Translations under genes and position numbers: made by a program
Assembly: GCA_943359395.1 (NCBI GenBank)
Contig: CALRHH010000004.1
Span: 1,699-65,698, forward strand
DNA length: 64,000 nucleotides
From: Candidatus Nomurabacteria bacterium
Lineage (GTDB): Bacteria; Patescibacteriota; Minisyncoccia; Phycocordibacterales; UBA2100
Direction: 5' to 3'
The notes under the pieces: model-generated
Told to the model about the DNA's origin: nothing
Database searches by the model: none
Seen by the model: only the letters and a program-made list of their open reading frames with translations
Part shown: one piece after another, positions 10,062 to 19,815 of the stretch
How the letters are laid out: the number at the start of each line of letters is the position of its first letter
How positions within the stretch are numbered: position 1 is the first letter of the stretch

Positions 10062-10229
10062 CTTCATTTTGACACCCTTGAACGCCCGGCCTTTCTTTGC
10101 CATCTGGTCGATGAAACGTCCCGTTTTTACATCTACCTTGGTCCAGCGTTGGTTACGTCCGCTCAATACCTGTGAGCGTTTTTTTACGACCCCTTTGCGA
10201 CCATGCCCCTTAGGCCCGTTCTTTGCCAT
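10062..10229 (-). CDS. Small basic protein of 56 aa, possibly a ribosomal-protein-like gene; it is below the ORF-track length cutoff.
   Basis: Manual translation of the minus strand gives MAKNGPKGHGRKGVVKKRSQVLSGRNQRWTKVDVKTGRFIDQMAKKGRAFKGVKMK, which is very basic and compact. Confidence 0.3.
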
Positions 10230-10266
10230 GCCTCAATTGTACAATTCCAGAAAGAAAAGCAACAAG

Positions 10267-10827
10267 CTATCCCCCTTCTTGCCATGTGGCTATAGACGGA
10301 AACTGATGAATGAGGTTTAGCACGTTGAGCACAAGGTTGTCCCGAATCATGTAGAGGACGAAGAGTTCGAGTGTGAGGCCACACAAGATAACCATCCACA
10401 CGGGGAGCCTCCGCGCGAGGAAAAAACCAAGTACCATCGCGACCGTATCCGAGATGGAGTTAACGATGCTATCCCCCGTATATCCTTGCGCGAGTGCTTG
10501 CTCGCGATAGTGATTAATCACCGTTGGTGTATTTTCGACGATCTCCCAAGCGGCTTCTATACCAACCGCGAAAAGGAGGCGTTTCCACACCGACGTGCGG
10601 GGAAAGAAATACCAAAGACCTAAGTAAAAAAGGAAGCCGTGGATAAGGTGCGAAAAAGTATACCAATCGGTCAAGTGTTGGGAATTTCCACTGCTCAAGA
10701 CCACTCCTTCCCAAAGTTTTACATCCCCACACACACAAAGAGGAGGCTGACCGAATAGATACAAAACTACACCCTGAATCACTATCAATCCAAACACAAG
10801 AAAGATATATTTCCGCGGCTCCGTCAT
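10267..10827 (-). CDS. Membrane protein, DUF2585/UPF0314-like.
   Basis: Multi-TM protein with a conserved AWEIVENTP motif. Confidence 0.5.
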   Translation of the reverse strand: MTEPRKYIFLVFGLIVIQGVVLYLFGQPPLCVCGDVKLWEGVVLSSGNSQHLTDWYTFSHLIHGFLFYLGLWYFFPRTSVWKRLLFAVGIEAAWEIVENTPTVINHYREQALAQGYTGDSIVNSISDTVAMVLGFFLARRLPVWMVILCGLTLELFVLYMIRDNLVLNVLNLIHQFPSIATWQEGG

Positions 10828-10839
10828 ATTCCCATGGTA

Positions 10840-11373
10840 TCAGGAAAAAGAAACGATTATATTACGTAATTCTTTACGAACTCTTTTGTGGTCTGGAACC
10901 GCTCTCGCGACAAGCGTCCAGAATCTTCCCGAGTGATTCATTTCGGCAAGATGACAGAGCTCGTGGACAACGACATAATCTGCAATCTGCGGCGGGAGTA
11001 CTGCTATTCTGTAATTGAAACTTAAATTGCCCGCGCTTGAGCAACTACCCCAGCGCAACTTTTGTGCGCGGATGCTTATTCTATTGTATGAGAATCCATA
11101 GTACTTTGCAAAATGCATGCAACGTCCCTGCGCAAGCGCTAGCGCATTCCTTTTGAGGCGTGTAATGTCGTTTCTTGGTATTCGTATCACACTCTTACTC
11201 ATCGTTCGGCGGAGGTGTTTATGTATCCACGCGGTGTGCCTTTCTACAAAATTCTCAACGGCGCCCGTGCCAAGAAATATGGGCGCTGTCACAATAACTC
11301 TTGAGTCGGGAAAAACCGAGAGCCGCATTGCCCGCGCCCGTGCGCTTCGTTTGAGCATGTAGGAGATAGCCAT
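10840..11373 (-). CDS. YgjP/DUF45 (M48-like) zinc metallohydrolase.
   Basis: HELCHLAEMNHS HExxH motif in the YgjP context. Confidence 0.75.
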   Translation of the reverse strand: MAISYMLKRSARARAMRLSVFPDSRVIVTAPIFLGTGAVENFVERHTAWIHKHLRRTMSKSVIRIPRNDITRLKRNALALAQGRCMHFAKYYGFSYNRISIRAQKLRWGSCSSAGNLSFNYRIAVLPPQIADYVVVHELCHLAEMNHSGRFWTLVARAVPDHKRVRKELRNIIVSFS

Positions 11374-11376
11374 GTG

Positions 11377-12330
11377 TTAAAAAAGACTCGAAGCGCAACG
11401 CGCATTTAACGCGACCGAATCATCCTTCGTAAGAGAAAGTCTCTTCCCTTGATTGACTTTATACATGATTGCTTCCACATCCTCGACATGTCCCAAGCCC
11501 AGCGCGTGCCCAAGCTCATGCGCAAGGACACGCACAAGCTCCGTGCGGTTTGAGTACTCAAAGATATCAATACGCTGAGAGCCACCCTCACTCACATACT
11601 CACCCTCTTCAAATTCTCTCCCCGTCGAGGCACCGGCCTGATTATATCTCTCGACGTTGAGATTGAGTTCCACTATGAGCTTGTTGAGTGATGTTCCCAC
11701 CGCGTTTAGAATTTCGATATCGGCATTTAATGCACTTTCCGCTGTTTTAATCCCCTCGGCCTCTACACTAAGCGCAGCCTTCTCAGTCTGCAAACGGTCA
11801 TATTCGGGCGGTGGAGCTCCTCCCTGCCGATTCCATTTCGCAACCTGCATATTGTATGTTTTTTGTCTCGATTCGTATGCGGCGACGCCCGCATCGAGAG
11901 CCTTCTTCGCAGAGGCAATGCGTGCAGCACGGCTGTCATATTGAGATTTCAGGGCATCGAAAGAAGATGTACTCTTGTCAATCTGTATTCCAGAGGCCGC
12001 CATTGTATCACTCGCCTTTTGGCGATAATCGTAGACAAAATTAATCACAACATCTCCCCCTTCGTCCTTATACTCGAAAAGGTCGTTGCCCGGTGACGTC
12101 TCCCAGATTGACTCCGCCTCTTTAAGGTCGGCCACGGCTATTGTTTTCGATATGCCAAATCGTGTATCCACAGAGCCGAGCGAATAGGTAATCGGGCTTC
12201 GGCACGGCAGAAATCGTGCTTCTACCTGTCTCGTTACCTGCATCACCTCATCGCGATGCGCGAAAACAGCGTAAGTGACACTTCCTATTATCCCAATCAA
12301 GACAAGAACATCGAATGTGCGTCGTATCAT
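11377..12330 (-). CDS. Membrane-anchored metzincin-type zinc metalloprotease with a coiled-coil region.
   Basis: N-terminal TM helix, then LAHELGHALGLGHVED (HExxHxxGxxH). Confidence 0.65.
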   Translation of the reverse strand: MIRRTFDVLVLIGIIGSVTYAVFAHRDEVMQVTRQVEARFLPCRSPITYSLGSVDTRFGISKTIAVADLKEAESIWETSPGNDLFEYKDEGGDVVINFVYDYRQKASDTMAASGIQIDKSTSSFDALKSQYDSRAARIASAKKALDAGVAAYESRQKTYNMQVAKWNRQGGAPPPEYDRLQTEKAALSVEAEGIKTAESALNADIEILNAVGTSLNKLIVELNLNVERYNQAGASTGREFEEGEYVSEGGSQRIDIFEYSNRTELVRVLAHELGHALGLGHVEDVEAIMYKVNQGKRLSLTKDDSVALNARCASSLF

Positions 12331-12403
12331 TACATCACTATATCAAATGAAGCCTTTTGCTTCGGTGTGATTGTGCGAATGTGCTTTGATGGCACACCCC
12401 CTC

Positions 12404-12664
12404 TTAGCGTACGAGCACAGCTCCCGCATCAAATGCCGAACGAACCCAGGAAATCTTTGCGAACCACGGCCCGAGTACACCAAGCGCAATCGTGGCGATT
12501 ATGGCAGACCCTACAAAAAATCCAATTCCATAAAAGATGCCTACCACAAACATGCGTCCGAGTGAATTTTGCCGAGCGATCTGCCTATTAAGCAGGTCTA
12601 AATGTTCGACTATTTTATCGCTCTGATTTTCCATGGTTAGATACTTACTACTCCAGTGTACCAC
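12404..12664 (-). CDS. Small hypothetical membrane protein.
   Basis: Hydrophobic core VVGIFYGIGFFVGSAIIATIALGVLGPWF. Confidence 0.35.
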   Translation of the reverse strand: MVHWSSKYLTMENQSDKIVEHLDLLNRQIARQNSLGRMFVVGIFYGIGFFVGSAIIATIALGVLGPWFAKISWVRSAFDAGAVLVR

Positions 12665-12749
12665 TTTTTCTGTCCGACGACCTCATCATAAAGCGGTTAA
12701 AAATCCCTCAGACGAGGTCTCGGATTCAAACATCGTTTAGCGCACAGAA

Positions 12750-13463
12750 CTAGGCTATTTGAGGAAAGTCCAGCGGAATCGGAGCGGTGAACGTCGTTTT
12801 CGTACTTTTGAGATTAAGGGAGATGCTGTAGGCGTGTAGCGCTGGCCTTTGGAATCCCAATAACAGTTCCTTATCGGAAGCATACAGGTGGTCCGCTACG
12901 ATTGGATTCCCAATAGAGGCAAAATGAACACGTATTTGGTGCGTACGTCCTGTCTTCGGGTATATCTCGATGTACGAGGCCGCCTCACCCGTAACTGGAT
13001 CCGAGAAGCTTCGTAAGAGCTTCCATTCAGTGATAGCCGCTCTTTTTTCATCCTCTTCGCAAGGTCGTGCAAACCAGCGTTTAGGAGGTACAGAGCTACG
13101 CACTATTTCCGCGACGATCTCGCCTTTTTCTGATTCCATGTGTCCGTATACAAAAGCCCGATACACCTTCGCAATCCGCCGTTCTTTAAATTCATTCTTC
13201 AGGAATGCATAAGCACTCTGAGTCTTCGCTATGAGCATGACACCACTCGTTGTCCTGTCGAGCCGATGCACAATACCGGGCAAGAGCACACGCTCCCCCT
13301 GCGGAGAAATCCACGGCTCTCCCACGAACTCAAGTGCGGGAAATTCTTTCAGTATCCAATCGGCGAGCGTGGGCTCCTGGGTGCGGCCATCACTGTGCAC
13401 GACGAGCCCCTCTGGCTTATCGATAGCGAGAACTTCTTCTGTCTCTGCGATTACTTTTGGCAC
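12750..13463 (-). CDS. RluA-family pseudouridine synthase.
   Basis: GIVHRLDRTTSGVMLIAK catalytic-aspartate motif. Confidence 0.85.
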   Translation of the reverse strand: MPKVIAETEEVLAIDKPEGLVVHSDGRTQEPTLADWILKEFPALEFVGEPWISPQGERVLLPGIVHRLDRTTSGVMLIAKTQSAYAFLKNEFKERRIAKVYRAFVYGHMESEKGEIVAEIVRSSVPPKRWFARPCEEDEKRAAITEWKLLRSFSDPVTGEAASYIEIYPKTGRTHQIRVHFASIGNPIVADHLYASDKELLLGFQRPALHAYSISLNLKSTKTTFTAPIPLDFPQIA

Positions 13464-13469
13464 ACGTGT

Positions 13470-13763
13470 CTACTTAAGCATTTGCTGGCTTTGCTCCGTA
13501 ATCATTTTCTCGATTTTTCGTTCAAACATCCGCATCATAAGCGGCAGCTTAGCGTTGAGCTCGTATTCCCTATCTTTGACCTCAAGCCGCCCTGAGATGT
13601 TTTGGCCCTGCATCATGAATGCGAAATGGAGCACATCACCCTCCCAGCGCTCTTCTCCCACTGTCACCTTGTCTGCAAATTTGGGCTTGGCTTCGATGAG
13701 TAATCTCTGGGCTCTCGCGACCGCTTCATGCCGCGAAAACGAATGCGGAATCTTCAACTGCAT
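13470..13763 (-). CDS. Small hypothetical protein, possibly of the polyhydroxyalkanoate-granule-associated (PHA_gran_rgn) family.
   Basis: 97-aa ORF with only weak resemblance, so the call is tentative. Confidence 0.35.
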   Translation of the reverse strand: MQLKIPHSFSRHEAVARAQRLLIEAKPKFADKVTVGEERWEGDVLHFAFMMQGQNISGRLEVKDREYELNAKLPLMMRMFERKIEKMITEQSQQMLK

Positions 13764-13765
13764 AC

Positions 13766-14032
13766 TTATGTCTTTCCGTTCTCACCCATGATGTCCTTGG
13801 TCTGTATAGGGCTCTGAATACCCGGCTTCCACTCCGCATGTATTTCGCCGAATTGCTTTTCGTAATCAGCTATCTGGTGCGCGAGATACTGCGCGAGGCG
13901 CTTCATGTGCTGCGGCGAGAGCGCGTACGCAATACCATTCTCTCCCGTTATCATTCCCATAACGAAAAACTCCTGCGAGAAGGCGGCTGAAATATTTTCG
14001 CAAAATTGTTTTGGTACTTTGCTGAGGTCCAT
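13766..14032 (-). CDS. Small hypothetical protein.
   Basis: 88-aa ORF coupled to the downstream gene with a 2-nt gap. Confidence 0.35.
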   Translation of the reverse strand: MDLSKVPKQFCENISAAFSQEFFVMGMITGENGIAYALSPQHMKRLAQYLAHQIADYEKQFGEIHAEWKPGIQSPIQTKDIMGENGKT

Positions 14033-14086
14033 TTGGCAATTATATCACTTCTCTTTCCCTTGGGCTTCGCTCAGGGCAAGCAACCG

Positions 14087-14527
14087 TTATTTTTCTTCCA
14101 AATCTAAACACACAGAGTTAATACAGTAGCGTTTGCCGGTCGGCGTCGGGCCGTCATCAAAGACGTGGCCGAGATGCGAACCGCAACGCGCACATGTAAT
14201 TTCCGTCCTCTCCACATCCAACGTCCCATCGCGATGCGTCTCTATCGCCCCCGGCAGTGCGGTATCAAAAGACGGCCAGCCAGTGCCGGAATCGAATTTT
14301 GCGTCGGACGAGAACAGCTGATTGCCGCATGCTTTGCACTCATAAACTCCTTGCGCGTTTGCATGAACATACTCGCCCGAAAAGGGCGCCTCTGTTCCCT
14401 TCTCCCGCAACACCGCATACTCTTCGGGCGAGAGCATCTCTTTAAATCCTTCTTCGTTTTCTGGCATATGCGACCTGCTGGCCTTAGTACTGCCTCGCTT
14501 GTCGCTCGGGAACATTGGTTTCTTCAC
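14087..14527 (-). CDS. msrB: Peptide-methionine (R)-S-oxide reductase.
   Basis: CARCGSHLGHVFDDGP and CxxC zinc motifs. Confidence 0.85.
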   Translation of the reverse strand: MKKPMFPSDKRGSTKASRSHMPENEEGFKEMLSPEEYAVLREKGTEAPFSGEYVHANAQGVYECKACGNQLFSSDAKFDSGTGWPSFDTALPGAIETHRDGTLDVERTEITCARCGSHLGHVFDDGPTPTGKRYCINSVCLDLEEK

Positions 14528-14544
14528 CCACCCAGTATACCAAA

Positions 14545-16335
14545 TTACGCTTGTCGACGAGAGCGGGAACGGTCTATTTCAGAAAGGGCTTGCTTCCGGA
14601 GACGCACAGAGGTTGGTGCAATCTCCAAATATTCATCTTCCGTCATCACTTCAAGTCCGCGTTCAATAGTAAGTTCGAACGGAGGAATAAGATTAATCGC
14701 TTCATCAGCACCGCTCGAACGCATATTGCTGAGTTGCTTTCCTTTTGTTGGATTTACCATCATTTCCTCCCCCTTTGAAGTATTCCCGATAACCATCCCC
14801 TCATACACCAGGGCGGCGGGGCCGATGTACAAAACTCCACGATCCTGCAAATTCCAAAGTGAGAAGCCGAGAGCTTTCCCGCTTGCCATCGATATCATCG
14901 AGCCCACTTGGCGGCTCTTGATTTCACCCGCATAAGGCTTAAATGCGACAAAACGGGAAGAGAGGATGCCCTCGCCCTTAGTATCGAGAATGAATTGGCT
15001 GCGATATCCGAGAAGCCCGCGCGTTGGGCCTTCAAATGTGAGACGCACCTGATTCTCGTGAATCTTGAGATCGCTCATAACGAACTTGCGCGTGCCGAGG
15101 CGTTCGATGACGGCTCCCTGGTACACGCTCGGCGTATCAATGATGACCTCTTCGAATGGCTCAAATTTCTTCCCGCCTTCTTCGTGAAAGATAACCTGCG
15201 GCTGGGAAACCTGCATCTCGAAACCCTCGCGACGCATGTTCTCAAGCAAAATCGCGATGTGAAGCTCCCCTCGACCGGAGACCTTGAAGAGATCGCCTGA
15301 CGGAAACTCCACGCGGAGACCAACGTTTACCTCAAGCTCTCGCTCAAGTCTGTCGCGTATTTGGCGCGAGGTGACAAACTTTCCCTCACGCCCGGCGAAA
15401 GGAGAATTATTGACAAGAAAGTTGAGTGTAATGGTCGGCTCGTCGATTGCAATTGCCGGAAGCGGCTCTGCACTGGCATCGATTGTAATCGTCTCCCCGA
15501 TGAAAATCTCGGGAATTCCCGCAATCATGGCGATATCGCCTGCTACGACCTCGGTTGACTCTACCTTCTTCAGCCCGCGAAACGTAAACATCTTGGTTAT
15601 TTTTCCGGTATGTGTCTCCCCGCCGACTTTTTTCACAAACACAGCATCGCCCGTCTTCAGTACTCCCTCATACGCACGCACAATCGCCAAACGGCCCAAG
15701 AAATTATCGTAGCCGAGGTTGAACGGTTGAAGTCGCGCCGTCTTTTCCAGAGCTTCCGGACTCGAAGCGGGCGGAACATGCGAAAGGATTGTTTCCAGGA
15801 GAGGCGTGAGGTCGGTGGACTCGTCCTCCAATTTCAGTTTTGCGACTCCCTGTTTTCCGATAGCGTACACGACGGGAAAATCCGCCTGCGCATCGGATGC
15901 CCCGAGCTCTAGAAAAAGCTCGAGAACTTGCTCCTCGCAACGCGCAGGGTCTGCGGCGGATTTGTCTATCTTGTTTATGATAACGATTGGTTTGAGACCG
16001 AGCTCGAGCGACTTTTTGAGAACGAAGCGCGTCTGAGGCATTGGTCCTTCTTGTGCGTCGACGACCAGCAAAACCGAATCAATGCTGCGCAATACGCGCT
16101 CGACCTCGGATCCAAAATCGGCGTGCCCAGGAGTATCAACAATATTTATCTTGGTATCCTTGTAAAAGACTGCCGCGTTTTTGGAATAAATCGTGATGCC
16201 CCGCTCAAGCTCAAGCGCATTGCTATCCATCGAAACTCCCTCTTCAGCAACACCCGTTTGCCGTAGAAGAGCATCGGTCAAAGTAGTCTTGCCGTGGTCC
16301 ACATGCGCGATTATGGCTATATTTCTTATCTCCAT
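14545..16335 (-). CDS. typA: Translational GTPase TypA/BipA.
   Basis: [16 protein letters not shown]1 motif, [13 protein letters not shown]. Confidence 0.95.
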   Translation of the reverse strand: MEIRNIAIIAHVDHGKTTLTDALLRQTGVAEEGVSMDSNALELERGITIYSKNAAVFYKDTKINIVDTPGHADFGSEVERVLRSIDSVLLVVDAQEGPMPQTRFVLKKSLELGLKPIVIINKIDKSAADPARCEEQVLELFLELGASDAQADFPVVYAIGKQGVAKLKLEDESTDLTPLLETILSHVPPASSPEALEKTARLQPFNLGYDNFLGRLAIVRAYEGVLKTGDAVFVKKVGGETHTGKITKMFTFRGLKKVESTEVVAGDIAMIAGIPEIFIGETITIDASAEPLPAIAIDEPTITLNFLVNNSPFAGREGKFVTSRQIRDRLERELEVNVGLRVEFPSGDLFKVSGRGELHIAILLENMRREGFEMQVSQPQVIFHEEGGKKFEPFEEVIIDTPSVYQGAVIERLGTRKFVMSDLKIHENQVRLTFEGPTRGLLGYRSQFILDTKGEGILSSRFVAFKPYAGEIKSRQVGSMISMASGKALGFSLWNLQDRGVLYIGPAALVYEGMVIGNTSKGEEMMVNPTKGKQLSNMRSSGADEAINLIPPFELTIERGLEVMTEDEYLEIAPTSVRLRKQALSEIDRSRSRRQA

Positions 16336-16420
16336 ATTGTCTTTGTTGACTACTTAGCGATGCCTGCCCCGTAGCCAATGCGAAGCATTGTGGTACTGGG
16401 GTTTCGAGTTTCCATACTGT

Positions 16421-16448
16421 TTAAAGCAAAATGCCTCGTTGCCGAGGC
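16421..16448 (-). terminator. Intrinsic terminator downstream of the dsbA-like gene.
   Basis: GCCTCG-TTGC-CGAGGC hairpin followed on the minus strand by ATTTTGCTTTAAAC. Confidence 0.5.
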
Positions 16449-16498
16449 ACCGAGGCTCCATTGTGCCTTATTTCAAGCTTCACGTCAAGAAACCGAGA

Positions 16499-17221
16499 TT
16501 ATAATTGAGGATCAATCGCGCTCCTGAAGCTTGCTATTTCAGCGGCGCCCGGGATTGAAGTTTTTCCTGTGATAAATCCGGGCGTTCCGTTGATGCCAAA
16601 TTTCCCGCCCTCAGCGCGGTCAGCATCTATGGCGCTCTGGTACTTCTCGCGATTCGCCGCAACGTTTGCCTTCACCTTCGCAGCGTCCATTCCGGAGATT
16701 CTTTTTATAAGTGCGACTATACTGGTCTCGTCACCGAACCCTCCATTCTCTTCGTCCTGAGACTTGAACATCTCCTCTCGCCACTCATAGTATTTGTCGG
16801 GATAAAGTGCCCATACAGCCCGACCATAGAGCGCCGCGGTAGTCGAATCTTCGCCCAAAAATGCGAAATCTTTGAAAATGACTCTTATCTTGCCCGTATT
16901 CACATAGTCTTTGATAAGAACGGGAAACGCTGGTTCGATTGGTATTTGTGGTATGCCGCCTATGTCGACGGCTTTACAGAATGGACATTGAAAATCAGAC
17001 CAATATGCAAGCACGACCTTCGCATTTGCGTTGCCGATATATGGCGAGCCATCGGTTTTCACGTCTTTGATATCTACGGCCACGGTTGGCTGCGTACCGC
17101 CCTGTGCTGCGGAGCCGCTCTTGGAAAGTCCATAATAAAGCCCTCCACCAATGAGGACTCCCGCAATAACAATAGCCGCTGGAAGGAAAAGAGCGGAATT
17201 GTCTTTTGGTGTTGTAGGCAT
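16499..17221 (-). CDS. DsbA-like thiol:disulfide oxidoreductase, membrane-anchored.
   Basis: N-terminal TM helix and WSDFQCPFCK (CPFC thioredoxin motif). Confidence 0.75.
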   Translation of the reverse strand: MPTTPKDNSALFLPAAIVIAGVLIGGGLYYGLSKSGSAAQGGTQPTVAVDIKDVKTDGSPYIGNANAKVVLAYWSDFQCPFCKAVDIGGIPQIPIEPAFPVLIKDYVNTGKIRVIFKDFAFLGEDSTTAALYGRAVWALYPDKYYEWREEMFKSQDEENGGFGDETSIVALIKRISGMDAAKVKANVAANREKYQSAIDADRAEGGKFGINGTPGFITGKTSIPGAAEIASFRSAIDPQL

Positions 17222-17373
17222 AATCCGTACATTCTACACTATTATAGAAGTTTGCAAGTGCGGATCCACAGATTCTACATATTGAATCTGTGGATTCGCG
17301 GACGAATGAGAACATTCGTGTCTTGGACCATCCGTTTCCAAAGCGCTCTCCGTAACGATTACTTTCCTTATCC

Positions 17374-18888
17374 CTAGAGTCCTCCGAGCAACGCGTTCAG
17401 CTTCGCTCGTGTATTCGGACCAACGTAGCCGTATCCCGAGTCTCCTTTTTTCGCGATGCTGTATTTCACTTGGAATTTCTGTACGGCACGCGCAGTCGCC
17501 GGCCCGAAGTAGATCGTCTCACGTCCCAGAGAACCTACGCCGCTTGCCGCGACTTGCGTGCCCGCATCGGAATTGAGGATTTTCTGGAGCACCCGGACAT
17601 CTTCGCCGATTGTTCCCAAAGTAAGACCCCGTGCGAGCGGACGAGAAGAAAATTCCGACTCTACAATCGTTCCTTGCTCAGCCACCTTTTTGAGTACGTC
17701 CCAGATGGCGGGGTCCTGTCCGCCGTCGAGCTTGAATATCGAGACGCCGCGCACCCCGAGCTTCTTCGCGAGATCAATCTTCTGCTGGACCGATTGCGCA
17801 TCTGGCCAATCAAGGAGACGAAACCCGAGATGCGAATTGTACGTATCAGCGTACGCCGTGGCAGCAAGGGCAGCGAAAAGTGCCGATGTAGGACCGAGAG
17901 AGACGGGCGTGGTGCTCGTTGCAGCATTTGCAACATACGTGAAGTACATTTCCCCTGCCGTGTTACGTTGCGGTGTAATACCATACTGTGCGGCGATATC
18001 TGTCGCATACCGAGGATTGAATACCCAGAGGATACCGTACGAATATTCTTTGCCTTCATACGCCGTGACGTCATATTCGTAACCGTATGTCGGAACGCCG
18101 ATAAGTATTTTGCTTTTAGAAATATCTTTCATCATAAACCGGATGCTTTTTTCTACCCAAGCGGGGTCAGCAACCGGGGCGTAGAGTTGCGTAGAAGAAG
18201 CCGCTGTGGCCACAAGCTTGCGGTCGATGCCTTGCTGGTCGTAGGTCATAATACGTACTCTGTCACAGTACTTGTTGATTTCTTTCAGATCATTGGCGTA
18301 AACACCGGCATTCTCCGGAAGAGATGTCCCCCAATACTGATCTTCGAGCGGTGTACGAGACTCGACGGAACACATAATCATTTTGGAGCCCATGCGCATA
18401 TCCAGGCCCTTCAAAAAAGTGGAGAAGTGATCCTTGTCTTTTGCATACTTGCCCTCAAAGTCGATATCGATACCATCGTAGCCGCCCTCCTTCACAAGTG
18501 CGACGATACGGTCCTCAAGTGCAATACGTGACTTCTGATTGCTCAATAATTGGTGTAGGGTTTCTCCCCCACTCGACATAACGGTTGGAATGACACGAAC
18601 ATTTTTTGCCCTGGCAGTGGCGATAAACGAGAGCCAAGGCTCAGCCTCAAGCGCACCGTTGTCACGCAAGGTCCCGTCGTTGCGAATTGTGTAGACGAAC
18701 GGATTCACTTCTGTGAGCGTATCTAAATGGGGCAAGGTATCAGCCGTCCCCGTAGCGACGCGCCAGTATGGTATCCAGCCTGTCACTTCGAACGGTGCTT
18801 CCGTCGCGGCTGACGCCGTCAGAGGAACGGTAAAAACGAGTGCGCACAGAAAAACAAAAGAATTTCTCATACCCCGTGAGAGAAACAC
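17374..18888 (-). CDS. Secreted glycoside hydrolase family 18 (chitinase / peptidoglycan-hydrolase-like) with a C-terminal peptidoglycan-binding domain.
   Basis: GGYDGIDIDFE (DxxDxDxE) GH18 catalytic motif and a C-terminal VRVLQKILNSDAGTQV..ARAVQKFQ PG_binding_1-like repeat. The true start is more likely the ATG at 18871, which gives the signal peptide MRNSFVFLCALVFTVPLTASAA. A repeat element overlaps the region just upstream. Confidence 0.8.
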   Translation of the reverse strand: MFLSRGMRNSFVFLCALVFTVPLTASAATEAPFEVTGWIPYWRVATGTADTLPHLDTLTEVNPFVYTIRNDGTLRDNGALEAEPWLSFIATARAKNVRVIPTVMSSGGETLHQLLSNQKSRIALEDRIVALVKEGGYDGIDIDFEGKYAKDKDHFSTFLKGLDMRMGSKMIMCSVESRTPLEDQYWGTSLPENAGVYANDLKEINKYCDRVRIMTYDQQGIDRKLVATAASSTQLYAPVADPAWVEKSIRFMMKDISKSKILIGVPTYGYEYDVTAYEGKEYSYGILWVFNPRYATDIAAQYGITPQRNTAGEMYFTYVANAATSTTPVSLGPTSALFAALAATAYADTYNSHLGFRLLDWPDAQSVQQKIDLAKKLGVRGVSIFKLDGGQDPAIWDVLKKVAEQGTIVESEFSSRPLARGLTLGTIGEDVRVLQKILNSDAGTQVAASGVGSLGRETIYFGPATARAVQKFQVKYSIAKKGDSGYGYVGPNTRAKLNALLGGL

Positions 18889-18970
18889 GCCGAACGATTC
18901 AGCCGAAAACTTGGTGTATTCAACAGTATATGTGTATCAAGCATATAAATTTGATTCTCTCATGGGGTCA
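18870..18970. repeat. Inverted pair of the family-1 motif at and upstream of the GH18 start.
   Basis: ATACCCCGTGAGAGA at 18870..18884 and TCTCTCATGGGGT at 18956..18968. Confidence 0.7.
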
Positions 18971-19113
18971 CACCCCTTTGACGTATCAGTGTAACAAAAG
19001 TTACGGGCAACGTAGAACGGACGAGGTGAGAGTGCGAAGTATTTGTACTTCCGGACCGGAGAGCACGCGGAAATCGAAGATTCTTTGCCGGCTATGAAGA
19101 AATATTCCGGTCT

Positions 19114-19785
19114 TCAGTACCACGTCTCTTCGCCGTTCCCTGAGAGCGGGAGTGCGGGCCCGAGATATTTCGGCTGTCGGTGCGTGAATACATTGAAAAT
19201 CGCTTTTATGGATGCGGGTATCTCGCGCAAGTAATCATACGGGGAACGCTCTCCTCCTTTTGCGACAATGCCGTACGCGTCGATACCAAGATTCTGCGCT
19301 ATCCAGAGCGCACGAGGCATATGAAAGTCCTGCGTGACGATAGTGAGAGAGTGCACGAGGAAGACTTCGCGCGCGCGATACATACTGCTGTAAGTATCAA
19401 ATCCCGCGTGGTCGAGAAATATATCTTGCGGAGCGACTCCCGCGTCAACGAGGTACTTGCGCACGGGAGTTACCTCATCGTGCGTGAGTGCGCTGTTGTC
19501 CCCCGTCACAAGTATTTTGGAAACCTTGCCCGACTTGTACAACACTATCGCCGCATTTGCCCGCTCCGCTAGTATCGGCGAGGGACTACCGCGGAAGACC
19601 GATGCGCCCAGGACAAGCGCAGCTTCCGTGACCGGCACATCGTCGATACTGGAAGCAATGTGCGAATCAACTGCAACGCGCACGAATATTGGTACCATCA
19701 TCGCAAGAGCAATACCACCCAAAACTATGATTAGGGCGATGCGGCCAAAACGGAGGATGGGAGGCATAGAGAGTACAGTATGCAC
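19114..19785 (-). CDS. SanA/YdcF (DUF218) family membrane protein.
   Basis: N-terminal TM helix and the AALVLGASVFRGSPSPILAERANAAIVLYKSGKVSKILVTGDN DUF218 core. Confidence 0.7.
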   Translation of the reverse strand: MHTVLSMPPILRFGRIALIIVLGGIALAMMVPIFVRVAVDSHIASSIDDVPVTEAALVLGASVFRGSPSPILAERANAAIVLYKSGKVSKILVTGDNSALTHDEVTPVRKYLVDAGVAPQDIFLDHAGFDTYSSMYRAREVFLVHSLTIVTQDFHMPRALWIAQNLGIDAYGIVAKGGERSPYDYLREIPASIKAIFNVFTHRQPKYLGPALPLSGNGEETWY

Positions 19786-19815
19786 TCTTTCTGGGTTTTG
19801 GGTTGGGAGGGATTA

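Noticed and set aside
14165-14935. 256-aa plus-strand ORF spanning the msrB-typA junction.
   Set aside because: It is antisense to two well-supported genes and has no motifs.
17470-18531. 353-aa plus-strand ORF, with a nested 174-aa ORF, antisense to the GH18 gene.
   Set aside because: It lies entirely inside a well-supported minus-strand gene, the translation is Arg/Cys-rich and low-complexity, and it is typical of a frame shadow in GC-biased sequence.
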